Numbered from the stretch's first letter, positions 41,041 through 54,679 are shown. The stretch: 64,000 nt of DNA from Octopus vulgaris (GCA_951406725.2 OX597825.1:30194001-30258000); one strand, 5' to 3'. The notes: generated by a model from the letters alone, not told the origin. Numbers and translations: made by a program.

Positions 41041-41789
41041 TCACATATTTATACTTAAGTGATTTTTAAAAATCATACCTTTTCCATATAAATGTTATTT
41101 TCTAAACATTACGACAGAGGAATGACAAAACAATATACATCTGAAAATGAATACATATGTTATGTGTGTATATATGTATGTATAGCATTCCATGAGATAA
41201 GAATTGGTGGTTATTTCTTGTAAACAATCATTAAGGTTAAAACATTAAGGTGTAGTTAAAGACAGGACACTTTCACAAGAAGCTTAAACTAATTAATAAT
41301 ATTAAATAGGATGTTGCTCAGCTTGAAATTAAATTCTAGCACACATTTTGCCGAATTACACTGGCATATCTTTTCAAATATGTTGCACTACCTTTAAAAT
41401 ATTCTAAGAAACCATGTTGACTCCGTATATTATTTAAGCTTTAATCATCTCATATTCAGAATCCTAGAATTCGGGCCACTAAATCAAATTCTATAATAAC
41501 TTCTATGTAACAGCTGATTATCTCTCAATAAATTTTCTTATTTCATTTTTTTTAAGTAACGGATTTATTAGCAAATACCCGGGTGCCAGTATAGTACAGC
41601 TGTATGGTTGAAACATTTGCTTTGCAACTACATCATTCTTTGTTCAATCTCACTGCCTGGCATCTTGGGCAAGTGTGTAAATGTACGTATGAATGTATGT
41701 CATTGTTCAGTTTTAATTCAAGATTTCTTGCCAACAGAGAAACCTAGATCCAAGGCTCCTTCATTGGAGTTTCAACATTAACAACAGGG

Positions 41790-42154
41790 TATGTATGTAT
41801 GTATGTATGTATGTATGTATGTATGTATGTATGTATGTATGTATGTATGTATGTATGTATGTATGCATGTATGTATGTATGTATGTATGTATGTATGTAT
41901 GTATTAATGTATGTATGTATGTATGTATGTATGCATGTATGTATGCATGTATGTATGTATGTATGTATGTATGTATGTATGCATGCATGCATGCATGTAT
42001 GTATGTATGTATGTATGTATGTGTGCATGTATGTATGTATGTATGTATGTATGTATGTATGTATGCATGTATGTATGCATGTATGTATGTATGTATGTAT
42101 GTATGCATGCATGCATGCATGCATGCATGTATGTATGTATGTATGTATGTGTGC

Positions 42155-42194
<40 letters not shown>

Positions 42195-42383
42195 GTATGT
42201 ATGTATGTATGTATGTATGTATGCATGCATGTATGTATGTATGTATGCATGCATGTATGTATGTATGTATGTATGCATGCATGTATGCATGTATGTATGT
42301 ATGTATGTATGTATGTATGTATGTATGTATGCATGCATGCATGCATGCATGTATGTATGCATGTATGCATGTATGTATGTATG
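41790..42383. repeat. (TATG)n microsatellite with interspersed CATG variants
   Basis: Directly visible, about 590 bp. Confidence 0.98.
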
Positions 42384-42578
42384 CTTCCATTTGGAAGAGG
42401 AATTAAATTTTGCTCTCCACATCTCAGTAAAACATGGTCTTAATTCTCCACCCTTCTTCATTTGCCCCACCTCAGTACATATTTGCTTACACTACACTAC
42501 TTACTTTTCTTCCTCCCTCTCCATCCCTACATTGTTTAATTTGTTACCCATACCATGCACACCATTTTTTGTCTAAAC

Positions 42579-42612
<34 letters not shown>

Positions 42613-43634
42613 TCTACACACCTGCATCCTCCTACTTTAGCCCTCACGTATGTGCACACTTACACTCCTTTTGCTCATTCCACACAACAGCACCCACACT
42701 TTCATGTCCATCCTTACATTTGCAATGGCAAATATACAATCACATATCCTCGCTTCCCAACACAGACCACTTTTGTCACCTCTATTCTACTTAACACTTC
42801 TATCAAGAATGACACATTGAGCAATCTTCAGCAACATACATACATCAGATTGTCTCACACACATACAAGCACCCATACACATTTACACATGCACAAATAT
42901 GCAATATATACACTCACAAATCAGCTTTATACACAATAACCTCGTACACACACACATACAGCAACTGTAAACAGGACATACACACATACACAAACACATA
43001 AGCACATACAATATGAACACATGCAATAGTGTCACACACAAGTCTGTTAGCCACTTACACGCAGATAAACAGGAAATAAATCACACCCACATACACATGC
43101 ATGTGCTAAATGCACATAGTATGCATGCACAAAGAAGCTTCATTCACACAGGCTTGCACACATACAAACACACACACACGCACACACACACACACACACA
43201 TACAAACTCATGTCTAATAGCTTCATGAACACACATGTCAGATAGCCTCACACACATACACATGGCCATACACACACATAAACAGACAGAGTATACATAA
43301 TTTCTTATATATGCATACACACATACTTCTTCACACACACATGCCCTCCCTTGCACACACACACATCCAAGTCACCAATGTCTCCCTTGCCACTTGAGTT
43401 TCAAACCAAATTCTTTCTCTTCAGGTCATCTCAGCATGACTTGGCCAGCTAATTCAGACACATTTCTTTCCCCATTTTTTCTCTCCTCATCAATCCATTC
43501 TAGAGAAGAGTATAGGCTCAAAATATTAAGCACTTAATATATTTTTCCTGATCATTAAGCAAATACCTCCCTTGTGGATTTTTCACTTCACCTCCTTGAA
43601 CCACATACACACGCACACACACACACATAAGTGT

Positions 43635-43683
43635 AGATAGATAGATGAATAGGCAGATAGATCAATTAGATAGACAGACAGAC

Positions 43684-43745
<62 letters not shown>

Positions 43746-43803
43746 ATAGATGGATAGATAGATGGATAGATAGATAGATAGACAGATAGACAGATAAATA
43801 GAC

Positions 43804-43869
<66 letters not shown>

Positions 43870-43963
43870 GTAGGTAGGTAGGTAGGTAGATAAGTAGGTA
43901 GGTAGATAGATAGACAGACAGACAGACAGACGGACAGACAGGCAGACAGATAGATAGATAGAT
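43635..43963. repeat. (GATA)n/(GACA)n/(GGTA)n compound microsatellite
   Basis: Directly visible. Confidence 0.98.
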
Positions 43964-44437
43964 TATGGCTGAATTGTTTACAAATTCATTGGCCGTTCAT
44001 CAAGTCCTGACTTCAGTTTCACTGCATTGCATCTTGGGACTGTACCTTGGTTCAACCTTTTATTTTGTGAGTGAAATTATGTAGATGTCTTTCACGTGGG
44101 TTGTACCAGTAAGTCAACAATCCAACTGCATCACACTGTGTTATGCTGCTTGTACCTGAGAATTACATTAGGGATTCATGTGTTTATGGAATACTCAGTC
44201 ACTTTCTGATTCAATGAACCTGATTATTTAGTTGGAGAAGTAAGAAAACAACTATGGTCACAAAAATTTGGTCAAGATTCATTAATTCTATGTGCATATA
44301 TATATGTGTGTATATATATATATATATATACAAATAAGAAAATGGAGGAACAGATTCCTTTCAATCATCAACTTACAGATAATACTAATTCATAGTATTT
44401 ATTAACTACTTAAATAGGAACATCCAAATCCAACAGA

Positions 44438-44475
<38 letters not shown>

Positions 44476-45553
44476 GTATGTATATATAATCATCAGTCAT
44501 CGTCCATTGTCCATGGGTTGGATGGTTTGACCAGGGTTGGTAAGCTCAGGGGCTGCACCAGACTCCATTCTGATTTGGCATGGTTTCTACAGCTGGATGC
44601 CCTTACGTCACTACAGGGCACTAATCAGCACCAGTATTGCTAGAAATAAGAGTTAAAATAATTCAGTTGCCACAAAAAGCACTATCTAAATGAGCTGACA
44701 AGGGAAACAAGCCTGCTACCATCGCAGATAGAGCTAGATCACCCATGATTTTGCATTCTGATGCTTAACACATTTTAATGCTCATTAGTAGTTCTCACCA
44801 TGCCTAGGGTTAAACTCATCTCACATTGTCAGCTTATAAGATCTCTGTTGAAATCATATGCTGATTTCATAAATGATAGTGTGAGATTTATAAATAATAT
44901 GGGTGGCTAATTTGCAATTTTACAACCTAAAAGCAGAAATATATATGTCACTAAAATGAATTGCTAGAAATAAGAGTCAAAACAACTCAATAGCCACAGA
45001 AACTGTGATCTAAATGAGCTGACAAGGAGCAATGTTGTTAGGTATTTCAGCGTCACCACCTGGTACAAAATTCATTGTTTTACAAGAATTTGGGTCCAGT
45101 CTCTGGTTTTAAGGATAACCTCTTCAATTCCTTCCACAAATCTTAGAGGTCTAGAAAATTTAAGGGTCAAAGGCATTGCACATTCCTCTCTGACTAAATG
45201 GTAAATAAAAGAGAAATTCCTTCTTTCATTTCTTTCCCATGTCAACATGTGTAAAATGAAAATATATCACTGAAGCATTGTTTTTCGGCTGGATGCCATC
45301 ACTGTCACTAACCTTTGCCTGTTTGGAAAATGCTTATACAATGATGAGAGTCTTTAGGAGAAAAAAAAGAGTGTACATTGGACTAAATACTCAGTGGCAT
45401 TTCATCAGCCTTTACGTTCTGAGTTCAAATGCTGCCAAGGTTGACTTTGTGAGTCATGCTTCCAGGGTCAATAAAATAAGTCCCAGTTGACCTCCTTCTC
45501 CAAGCTTGCTGGCCTTGTACCAAAATTTAAAACCATTGTTGTTATTGTTGCGA

Positions 45554-45965
45554 AGGCACATGTGGATAGAGCACTGGGTTCACAATTATGTGGTTGTGGT
45601 TAGAGCATCGGGTTCATAATTATGAGGTAGTGAGTTTGATTCCTGGACTGGGCTGTGTTGTGTTCTTGAGCAAGACACTTTATTTCCCATTGTTCCAGTT
45701 CACTCAGCTGTAGAAATGAGTTGCAATGTCACTGGGTCGAAACTGTATTGGCTTTTTAAGGAAGCGAGCTGGCAGAATTGTTAGTGCACTGGACAAAATG
45801 CTTAGTGGTATTTCATCCATCGCTATGTTCTGAGTTCAAATTCCACCAAGGTCGACTTTGCCTTTCATCCTTCTAGGGTCGATAATATAAGTACCAGTTG
45901 AACACTGAGGTCAATGTAATTGAATCATCCCCACCTCCACAAAACTTCCCTTGTGGCAAAAATTT
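45554..45965 (+). mobile_element. SINE family E 5' part followed by SINE family B
   Basis: 45640-45750 is the reverse complement of about 61530-61610; family B starts at about 45758. Confidence 0.75.
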
Positions 45966-46094
45966 GAAATAATAATAATAATTATTATTATTTGTTTTTT
46001 ACTCTCAGTTTTTTGTTTTTTTGAACTCCTGGAATCTTTTTCTTTTGGGGTACCTGAAGTCTTGCACGTGTAGCATACTATGCTATCTGCTCTT

Positions 46095-46600
46095 TCCAAT
46101 TATCTAATACTTCCCTAATTATTCTGGCCATGCCAAGGAGGCAAACCTTTTGTAACAGTGCTACTGGGAACTCTATTCCAATTTCCTTTATATTCCACCT
46201 GATACCTTCTGATACTGTTCCAAAGGACCCAACAATAATTGGCACTATCTTCACCTTCTTCATTTTCATAGCCAGGCTATTTCATACTTAAGAAGGTTGC
46301 ATTTATCTATTTTTTCACCTTCTTTCTTGACTATTTGTGTCAAAGGAGCATGCAACATCAAATGTATAACACATGTGGTGCATCTTGTCGAACACCACTA
46401 GGTCCAGTTTGTTATGCTCTAGCACCTGATCTGTTTGGATCAGGAAATTTCAGAGGATTTTGCAGGTCTCCGGCTCTGCCTCTCTTTGCAGTTTGTGCTC
46501 ACACCATGTTTTGCATCTCTCTAGCGTCCACTCTACACACAGTTTTCAATGTAGCACTTTCACTACCTCACAGTGTTGCCACAACTTTTCGTGGTTTGAG
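46095..46600 (-). mobile_element. R4/Dong-like non-LTR retrotransposon fragment (RLE domain), decayed
   Basis: KVKIVPIIVGSFGTV...LLQKVCLLGMARIIREVL, with upstream PDLVVFDK..IIDVAC-like remnants. Confidence 0.8.
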
Positions 46601-46653
46601 GCAAGTCTAGGACATATGTCCACTCTATTATAGATGTGGCACAGCAAAGACAC

Positions 46654-46699
<46 letters not shown>

Positions 46700-46703
<4 letters not shown>

Positions 46704-47105
46704 TCGTTTTATTTTTATAGCGTGCTTTCACTTCACTACCGAGCGCAGCTCTGTGTGCCTTGGGTATGTGCTGTGATTTGTTGTGATGCTCTGATGGTTA
46801 TTGTATGGAAAGTGTTCTGCGTAGGATGTGTGCAGTGCCTAGTAGTGCAATTTTCTGTATGTTATATGTGTTTGTAAGTCCTGGTGTTTTTGTTATGTAT
46901 TTGTCTGAATATTTTTTTATCATGCCTAATGCACCTATTATGATAGGAATTGTTTCTGTTTTCAGATTCCACATTCTAGTTACCTCTATTTCCAGGTCTT
47001 TGTATTTTGAGAGTTTCTCCATTTCTTTTAGAGACACGTTGTCATCTGCCGGTATTGATACATCAATTAGAAAGCATTTCTTTTCTTCATGATCTCTGAC
47101 AACTA
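46700..47105 (-). mobile_element. R4/Dong-like 3' fragment (RLE domain), young
   Basis: Open frame IVVRDHEEKKCFLIDVSIPADDNVSLKEMEKLSKYKDLEIEVTRMWNLKTETIPIIIGALG...IQKIALLGTAHILRRTLSIQ*; (TAA)n on both sides. Confidence 0.9.
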
Positions 47106-47129
47106 TATTATTATTATTATTATTATTAA

Positions 47130-47174
<45 letters not shown>

Positions 47175-47175
<1 letters not shown>

Positions 47176-47745
47176 TTATGTTTGACTTTTACTTTACATT
47201 TGTACAAATTGACTCCAAGTCTCACACAGAGACCTCAAGAGACAATAAGTTGGAAGTTCATGTTGGTGTTATGCTTAGGGTGTCATATATTTGGTTTTGT
47301 ACATAGTGTTATTCTTGGGAATGTTTAAGAAACCATAAGAAAATTATGTTTGTTTTAAAACTTGAGATTACATAGAAAGTATTTTGCGTAGGATATGAGC
47401 AGTTTACATGAGCACTATCTTTTGAATTTCTGCCATTTTTGGTGTTTCCTGGTACCTAAGCTAGGTAGCAATCAGCTCCTTTTGCTATCATTCCCAGGGC
47501 ACCTATGACAACAGGTATTGTTTTAGGCTTCAGGTTCCACGTTTTGCTAATTTCTATTTCAAGATCTTTATATTTGCTCGGTTTTTGGTAGGTCTTGACA
47601 GATACGTTTATATCGATTGGGACAGTCATATCAATGAGGAGTTATGATTTTTATCTGAAGTCTTTCATTATGATGTCTGGCCTATTGGCATCTATCTTTC
47701 TGTCAGTTTGAATGGTGAAGTTCCAGAGGAGTGAGATGATTTTCA
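47175..47745 (-). mobile_element. R4/Dong-like 3' fragment, third subfamily
   Basis: LLWNFTIQTDRKIDANRPDII...LLIDMTVPIDINV...KYKDLEIEISKTWNLKPKTIPVVIGALG with stops; flanked by (TAA)n. Confidence 0.88.
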
Positions 47746-47795
47746 AGCACTGAAAGTGGTTTGTGTTGTTGTTGTTGTTATTATTATTATTGTTA

Positions 47796-47847
<52 letters not shown>

Positions 47848-47849
47848 CA

Positions 47850-47898
<49 letters not shown>

Positions 47899-48014
47899 TG
47901 TTATTGTTATTATTATTATTATTATTATCATTATTATTATTATCATTTCTTTATTACAGGTTTTGTTGGAGCTCCTGGAGCCTTGCATGCACAGTGGGCT
48001 TACTACCTGCAACC

Positions 48015-48107
48015 TACGGTACCATGCTATTCATTCTTTTCAGCTATCCAATACTTTCCTGATTATGGTATTTGATAGCTGAAAAGAACAAATAGCATGG
48101 GACCGTA
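48015..48107. repeat. 93-nt hairpin (40-bp arms, 36/40 match, 13-nt loop)
   Basis: tacggtaccatgctattcattcttttcagctatccaatac versus gtatttgatagctgaaaagaacaaatagcatgggaccgta. Confidence 0.9.
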
Positions 48108-48460
48108 TATTTTCTACAAAGATATTAGGAAAATGCAAGTGAAAGGCATCAACCATCTCAGACTATATAACAAATGTCTTTCAAACCTGAAAATGAAAAT
48201 TAGGTTTTGTCAAATTCCCCCCTTGTTCCTTCTGTCTGACTACATAGATTGAGAACATTAAGAGATAGATTACTCTGTATCTGCTGAAAAGTCTCCAGAA
48301 CTAGGAAGAGATCCAGGAAATCTTACATAAGTTGAAGGATTTGTTTTAATCTGTTTTCTCTCTTTTTTTGTCACGGTAACCTTCATCAGTTGCTCTGCTC
48401 TCCAAACGATGAATATTAAATTTTGAAGCAACATGTTTTGGAGATATGAAAACCTGGCTT

Positions 48461-48505
<45 letters not shown>

Positions 48506-49459
48506 CATTATTATTATGTTTTTGGATGTATGTGTGTGTGTTTTAATTTTGTTGCTATTTTTTTCAACAATTTGAACTTTACTGCATGCAAAATTGTCAG
48601 AATATCATAAATCAGTAAGAAAAAAATATATATATATATAAAAAAAAAGAAAATGAAAATAAATAAATGATGCGAAAATTTCTCTCTCACTTGCCATTTT
48701 TAAATAAACATGTATACCTAACAGACAGGTGAATAGAATGAACTGAAATAGCAATTGAATAATATGATTGATCACATGATTTCTTTAGAGCTTTGGCATG
48801 TCATGTCGTGGCAACTAGATTACATGAGGCATTTTCAATTCTCTGTTATAACCAAATAATCAAACAAAAAGAAACACGAAATAATAAATGACAAAAAGAC
48901 AAGAATAAATAAAAATAAAATCTGATAACATTTACAGAAAGTTTTACCTCTTGATATTATATCATTACATTTATTTTCGTTCTTCATCGATGAAGTCTGG
49001 TTTCATCTCTCTATATTTTGCTAGTAACTTCTATTGGTCTCAGAAAAACAAAACTGTTGAACTGCAGAGATGTGTGTGTGTGCGTGTGCATGCATATGTG
49101 TGTGTAGTGTGTGCGTATTGATAAACTTTCAAAGTTTCCTACTGAATTTGTTTGGATCAAAATAAATAGAAATTTTCTGACCAATATTCAATATTTGGTC
49201 CATCTTTATCAAAAGTAAATATTCAGCTGATGTATTGCTGTTTATGGGTAAATAACCTACAACAATGTAATGTAACATTTGAATTAATGGCAAGGGACTT
49301 ATACATACATATATATATATATATATATATTGCTAGTATTACAACTTTTAGTGGTTTGGGGCAAGTCTAGGACATACGTTCAAGATATGGGCATTAGTTT
49401 TGTCCACTCTATTATAGATGCAGCACAGCAAAGACATTATTATTATCATTATTACTATT

Positions 49460-49494
<35 letters not shown>

Positions 49495-49511
49495 TATTAT
49501 TATCATTATTA

Positions 49512-49546
<35 letters not shown>

Positions 49547-49733
49547 GGTTCTTACTTCCAACCATCCTCCATGTCGCATGAAAGTAAGAAGTATGTGTAT
49601 ATATATATATATATATCAACCATGCCAGCATGGAAGGCAGACATCAAACAATGAGGATATATATGTATATGTATGTATATATATATATATATATGCATGT
49701 ATGTGTGTACATGTGTATATATATATATGTGTG

Positions 49734-49770
<37 letters not shown>

Positions 49771-49791
49771 ATGAATGTGTGTGTGTGCGAA

Positions 49792-49814
<23 letters not shown>

Positions 49815-49823
<9 letters not shown>

Positions 49824-50265
49824 GTAATAATAACAATAATCCCCAGATGGAATTTATAAACATTTTAATGCATCACTACACACGTTTCCACAAATCGCAT
49901 TCCTCTTCAGATCACAGTCCGTATTCCTTGGATGATTTCTGTGTACTTTGTAGTATCCTTAGGCATCAGATTGATCATCTTCATGGATTCATTTCTTCAT
50001 GTGATTTAACATTAATGGATGTTTAACTGAGGGCTGTTTATCCCTTTAAACCTTCTCACTGGTCAAAAGGAGTAAACATCTCTCAATTAAACATCCATTA
50101 ATGCAATATCACCTGAAGAAATGAATCCACGAAGATGATCCACCCAATGGAATCATTCCAGGAATATGGACTGTGATCTGAAGAGATGAGATTTGTGGAT
50201 ATACGCGTATGGACACATTAAATGTTTATAAACTTCATTCAAGGATTATTGTTGTTATTACTATA
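49815..50265. mobile_element. Diverged fold-back element (arms of about 200 bp) with hammerhead-like remnants
   Basis: For example ctcttcagatcacagtcc / ggactgtgatctgaagag and cattaatggatgtttaa / ttaaacatccattaatg. Confidence 0.7.
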
Positions 50266-50417
50266 TTTATCCAACATTATATTGGTACAGCTGGAATGAA
50301 CCCTAAAAGACTGGTTCACCAGTCAACATCATTAGACTGTGGCCGGCATAACGGAATAGGAGCTTTATCTGCATATCCAAAATATTTCCCATAAACAAAT
50401 TTAAAAGATGTATATAT

Positions 50418-50662
50418 ATATTAGAAAAGAACTACCTTTTATCAATTCAATAATGAAAAATTAAATTATACCATTTAGAAAAATTACATATCATAAAAAG
50501 ATTAAATATAAGATAAAACATATAAAACATATGATTAAGTAATGTGCAAAATAATAAATAAAATGTACATATTTGGTAGAATAACATAGAAAGATTTTCT
50601 AAATGGTATAATTTAACTTTTCATTATTGAATTGATAAAAGGTGGTTTTTTGCTAATTTATA
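50418..50662. repeat. AT-rich inverted repeat (arms of about 65 bp)
   Basis: accttttatcaattcaataatgaaaa...ccatttagaaaa mirrored at 50596-50662. Confidence 0.85.
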
Positions 50663-50721
50663 TATATATTATATTTTGTGAAATTTGATTTAGTATTTCT
50701 AAATTTAATTTTTCCCTGTAA

Positions 50722-50742
50722 GTTTGGAATAATTTTCCCTCA

Positions 50743-50805
<63 letters not shown>

Positions 50806-50847
50806 TATTATTATTATTACTATTATTATTATTATTATTATTATTAA

Positions 50848-50922
<75 letters not shown>
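50722..50922. repeat. (ATT)n microsatellite
   Basis: Directly visible. Confidence 0.98.
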
Positions 50923-50923
<1 letters not shown>

Positions 50924-51306
50924 GGCTGTGTGGTAAGTAGCTAGCTAACCAACCACATGGTTCCAGGTTCAGTCCCACTGCGTGGCATCTTGGGCAAGTG
51001 TCTTCTGCTATAGCCCCAGGCCGACCAATGCCTTGTGAGTGGATTTGGTAGACGGAAACTGAAAGAAGCCCGTCGTATATATGTATATATATATATGTGT
51101 GTGTGGGGGTTTGTGTGTCTGTGTTTGTCCCCCTAGCATTGCTTGACAACCGATGCTGGTGTGTTTACATCCCCGTCACTTAGCGGTTCGGCAAAAGAGA
51201 CCAATAGAATAAGTACTGGGCTTACATAGAATAAGTCCCGGGGTCGATTTGATCGACTAAAGGCAGTGCTCTAGCATGACTGAAACACGCAAAAGAGTAA
51301 AAGAGT
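50923..51306 (+). mobile_element. SINE family A
   Basis: Colinear with 59502-59915 and 63002-63534. Confidence 0.9.
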
Positions 51307-52029
51307 ATATATGTACGTACATATACTTGCATGTACGTTTGTATTCATGTGTGCGTATGTACACGTGTGAATGCATGCATTTGTGTATCTACCCCTTTCT
51401 ACACCAAAAATGCCTGCACAATCTCATTCAAACATGGTTACTCTTACTCAAGAAGAGGAATTTGTACATATTTTTCCATCCACTTTACCTCTTGTAAACA
51501 ACACACTTCTTAGAGTATGTAACAATAAAAGCATTAAGCTAGTTATATGCAACAAGACAGCAATATTGATCTCTACATATTTACTAAATTAGAACTATCA
51601 GATGAATATGAATACCATATAAGGCCTTCTTGAAGGGTACCTCAATAATAAATGACACCAGCCTCCTAGTCACAGCTGGTAACACAAAGATATGTTGGGT
51701 AACATTATGATGAAGATTCTGATGTGATTGAAGGAACAATATCAAGAAGATAAAAGATAGGTTCTTACTTCCAACCATCCTCCATGTTGCACGAAAGTAA
51801 GAGGTTTGACAATGGTTTGTAATGCAAAGATCAAAGTCCTAATATATTCTGAATAGCAAAGTATTGTATCATGATAGATCATCACTGGAGAAAAATGTGG
51901 GTGTAAGGATAGCAGTGCACTTGCTTCCACTGACAACGAGAAGGAAGGAGCATGATAATGTTACCAGAGTTTGCTGAATGAGATAGGGAACTAGCAATTG
52001 AAGTTGACAGCTATATATTCAAATTGTCT

Positions 52030-52720
52030 AATATATAAAGGAAGTTGCTACGATACTAAAAATATCTGGCGATGTTAGGCATATGCAAGTCACTTGGATA
52101 GAGATGCCAGAGCAGAAGTGAGTTGAAGTGTGTTGTGCGGAAGACATAAAATGGAAAGAGATACACATATAAACTCTTCAGGGAGTACAGAGGGGACTAT
52201 ACACTAAGTATCATAATACCATCATCATCAACTGCTATAAGGACAAAAGGAGATTCTCTCTATTCAGAAGTGAGTGCAGAGGCATTAAATTGATAGACCA
52301 AATTATGAAAGGAAAAGAAAGAATTATAATACAGCTGAGTAAGAAGAGAATTGGTCAAGATAAAGTGCAATTAAGGATTTTCACTGATGCTCATGTGCAA
52401 GTGTAAAACTACTGGCAAAGTTCTTAACAAAGAGCAAATCACTGTAGCCAGCATTTTTTGACTTGGAGATTGTCTTTGATGGGGTACTATACTCTGAGAT
52501 GAACATAGCACCCTATCAATTGTTGTAGATGAATGCAAGCCATATACAGAGATACTGTCAACATGGTAAGAGTTAACTACAAATTGAAGAATCTTACATG
52601 AAAGTGGGTCCCTATTAGGACTTGAGTCTTTGACACTCTTCTTCATATTTATTATAATTCCATAGATTCTAACAGAAGAAATTAAGACTGGTTATTCATC
52701 TGAACTCTTATACACAGAAA
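52030..52720 (+). pseudogene. Highly decayed RTE-clade LINE (endonuclease/RT remnants)
   Basis: Fragments resembling YKxKGD..RGIKLIDQIMK, FDLExxFDxV and ELLY. Confidence 0.55.
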
Positions 52721-52780
52721 AGGAGTCGGTAGGAATTTCAAATGGTGACTCAGTGCAAAGATGCAATCTGAAACAGTCTT

Positions 52781-54063
52781 TGGATCTTTATGGTTATTTT
52801 CACTGCATGTCAAAATCTTTTAAAAAATTTTAAATGTATCATATAGAAGTAATTTTTTATGTTAAATCCGAATTTATTATTCATTTATTCATAAAACAGT
52901 TTGCAAAAATGTTACAGGTGTTCAAAGTTAGATAACTTTCAGAATTTTCAGCCAATCAGAAAACAGCATGTTCACTGCCTCTTCCATTATCTGTCACAGT
53001 AGTGAGAAAAAAAGTGGGTGGGGTGGGGGGAACTGGCATGTCAAAACATTAAACTAGCTACAGTAAATAGTGAAAAATATTAAAAGATCTGTGAGCAAAT
53101 TAAATATTTAAAAGCTACAAGCAAACCAACAGGAGTTGCTAGAAATAGTAGTTAAAACATTAAAATATACACAAAGTAAACCGTGAAAACAGTGGAAAAC
53201 ATTAAAAGATTCGTGAGCAAATTAGATATTTAAAAGCTACAGGTAAACCAATTGGGGTTGCTAGAAATAGCAGTTAAAACATTAGAATATACACAAAGTA
53301 AACAGGGAAAACAGTGGAAAACATTAAAAGATTCGTGAGCAAATTAAATATTTAAAAGCTACAGGCAAACCAACAGGAGTTGCTAGAAATAGCAGTCAAA
53401 ACATTAAGATATACACAAATAAAGTAAACAGTGAAAACAGTGGAAAACATTAAAAGATTCGTGAGCAAATTAAATATTTAAAAGCTACAGGTAAACCAAT
53501 TGGGGTTGCTAGAAATAGCAGTTAAAACATTAAAATATACACAAGCAAAGTAAACAGTGAAAACAGTGTAAAACATTAAAATATTTGTGAGCAAATTAAA
53601 TATTTAGAATCTAAGAGCAAATCAACAAGAGTTGCTAGAAATAATAGTCAAAACATTGCTGAAAATAGACAGTTATTAGTTTTAAAAAATTCAAGAATGG
53701 AAGTTAGCAATGCACTATCGAATTCCTACTGTTAGGAAAACAAACAATTATAGAACACGTGCCCATGTGCAGCATCTTTGGTTACTCTGGAAACAGAGTT
53801 CTTCACAAGCAGCTTTTGAACACATGGTGCTTCCTTGCTTACTATGATAACTGAACTTGATGGTGATGTGTAAAATACTTGCTTCTGATTGGCTAAAATA
53901 TCAGAATTTTGCAAATTTTAAAGGCTAATAACTTTTTGATTATGAATTGATAGAAAAAATTAATTTCATTTTCATAATTAGTACACAAAACTTAATCCTT
54001 ATATCAAATTTGAAAACAATTGGACCAAAATTGTTGACAGTGACGAAAACCACAAGGATGCCA
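52781..54063. mobile_element. Non-autonomous TIR element with internal tandem array
   Basis: Ends tggatctttatggttattttcactg / cagtgacgaaaaccacaaggatgcca; sub-terminal agccaatcagaa / ttctgattggct. Confidence 0.65.
53040..53660. repeat. Minisatellite, 5 units of 122-126 bp
   Basis: gtgagcaaatt at 53091, 53213, 53335, 53461 and 53587. Confidence 0.95.
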
Positions 54064-54679
54064 GTTATCTTTAAAACTATACCAGAATGATCAAGGCTTA
54101 AACACCCAACTTTGATCATATGCCTATTTGATCATATACCCATTTTGCCCCATCAAGCATTCTCTAAATCTTATTCCTCTCACATCCAGGCTTCCATCAC
54201 TCCTCCATCCGTAACACTTCTTGATGAGCTGTAATCACTTGTGAACAGAATCAGCACATATTTCTGCCATGCCTCTTCCTGCAATCAGTCACCACTTCCT
54301 TACCCTCGGACCTACTTCCGTCTTTCATTTTCATTATCCTCCCTTCCCACATAACTTTCACCTACCACCTCCTTTCTGCACTTTTAATTATGACTCTCTT
54401 TCACCTGCCATTCTCCATCGTAATACCTTACATATCTGCTATCATTCTCAATGCTCTCTCTCATACCACCATCATGTCCCACCCACTATACAGCCACCCT
54501 TATGTGCCCCTACATCTCTCTCTCCACCACTTTTACACCATGCACATGACTGGGGGGAATGCATATGCCACAGAAACCGGGAAACTGGGTCCATGAGCCT
54601 GGCTAGGCTTGAAAATGGTGAAAAAGTAAAAAAAGGGGGTTTCTAACCTCCAGTTCTTGGATAGCAATTGTCTCTACAG

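Noticed and set aside
41744-42576. Overlapping ORFs of about 200 aa in all frames
   Set aside because: (TATG)n contains no stop codons
53040-53660. Regular repeat array resembling CRISPR
   Set aside because: Whole units repeat with no unique spacers, there are no cas genes, and the context is eukaryotic
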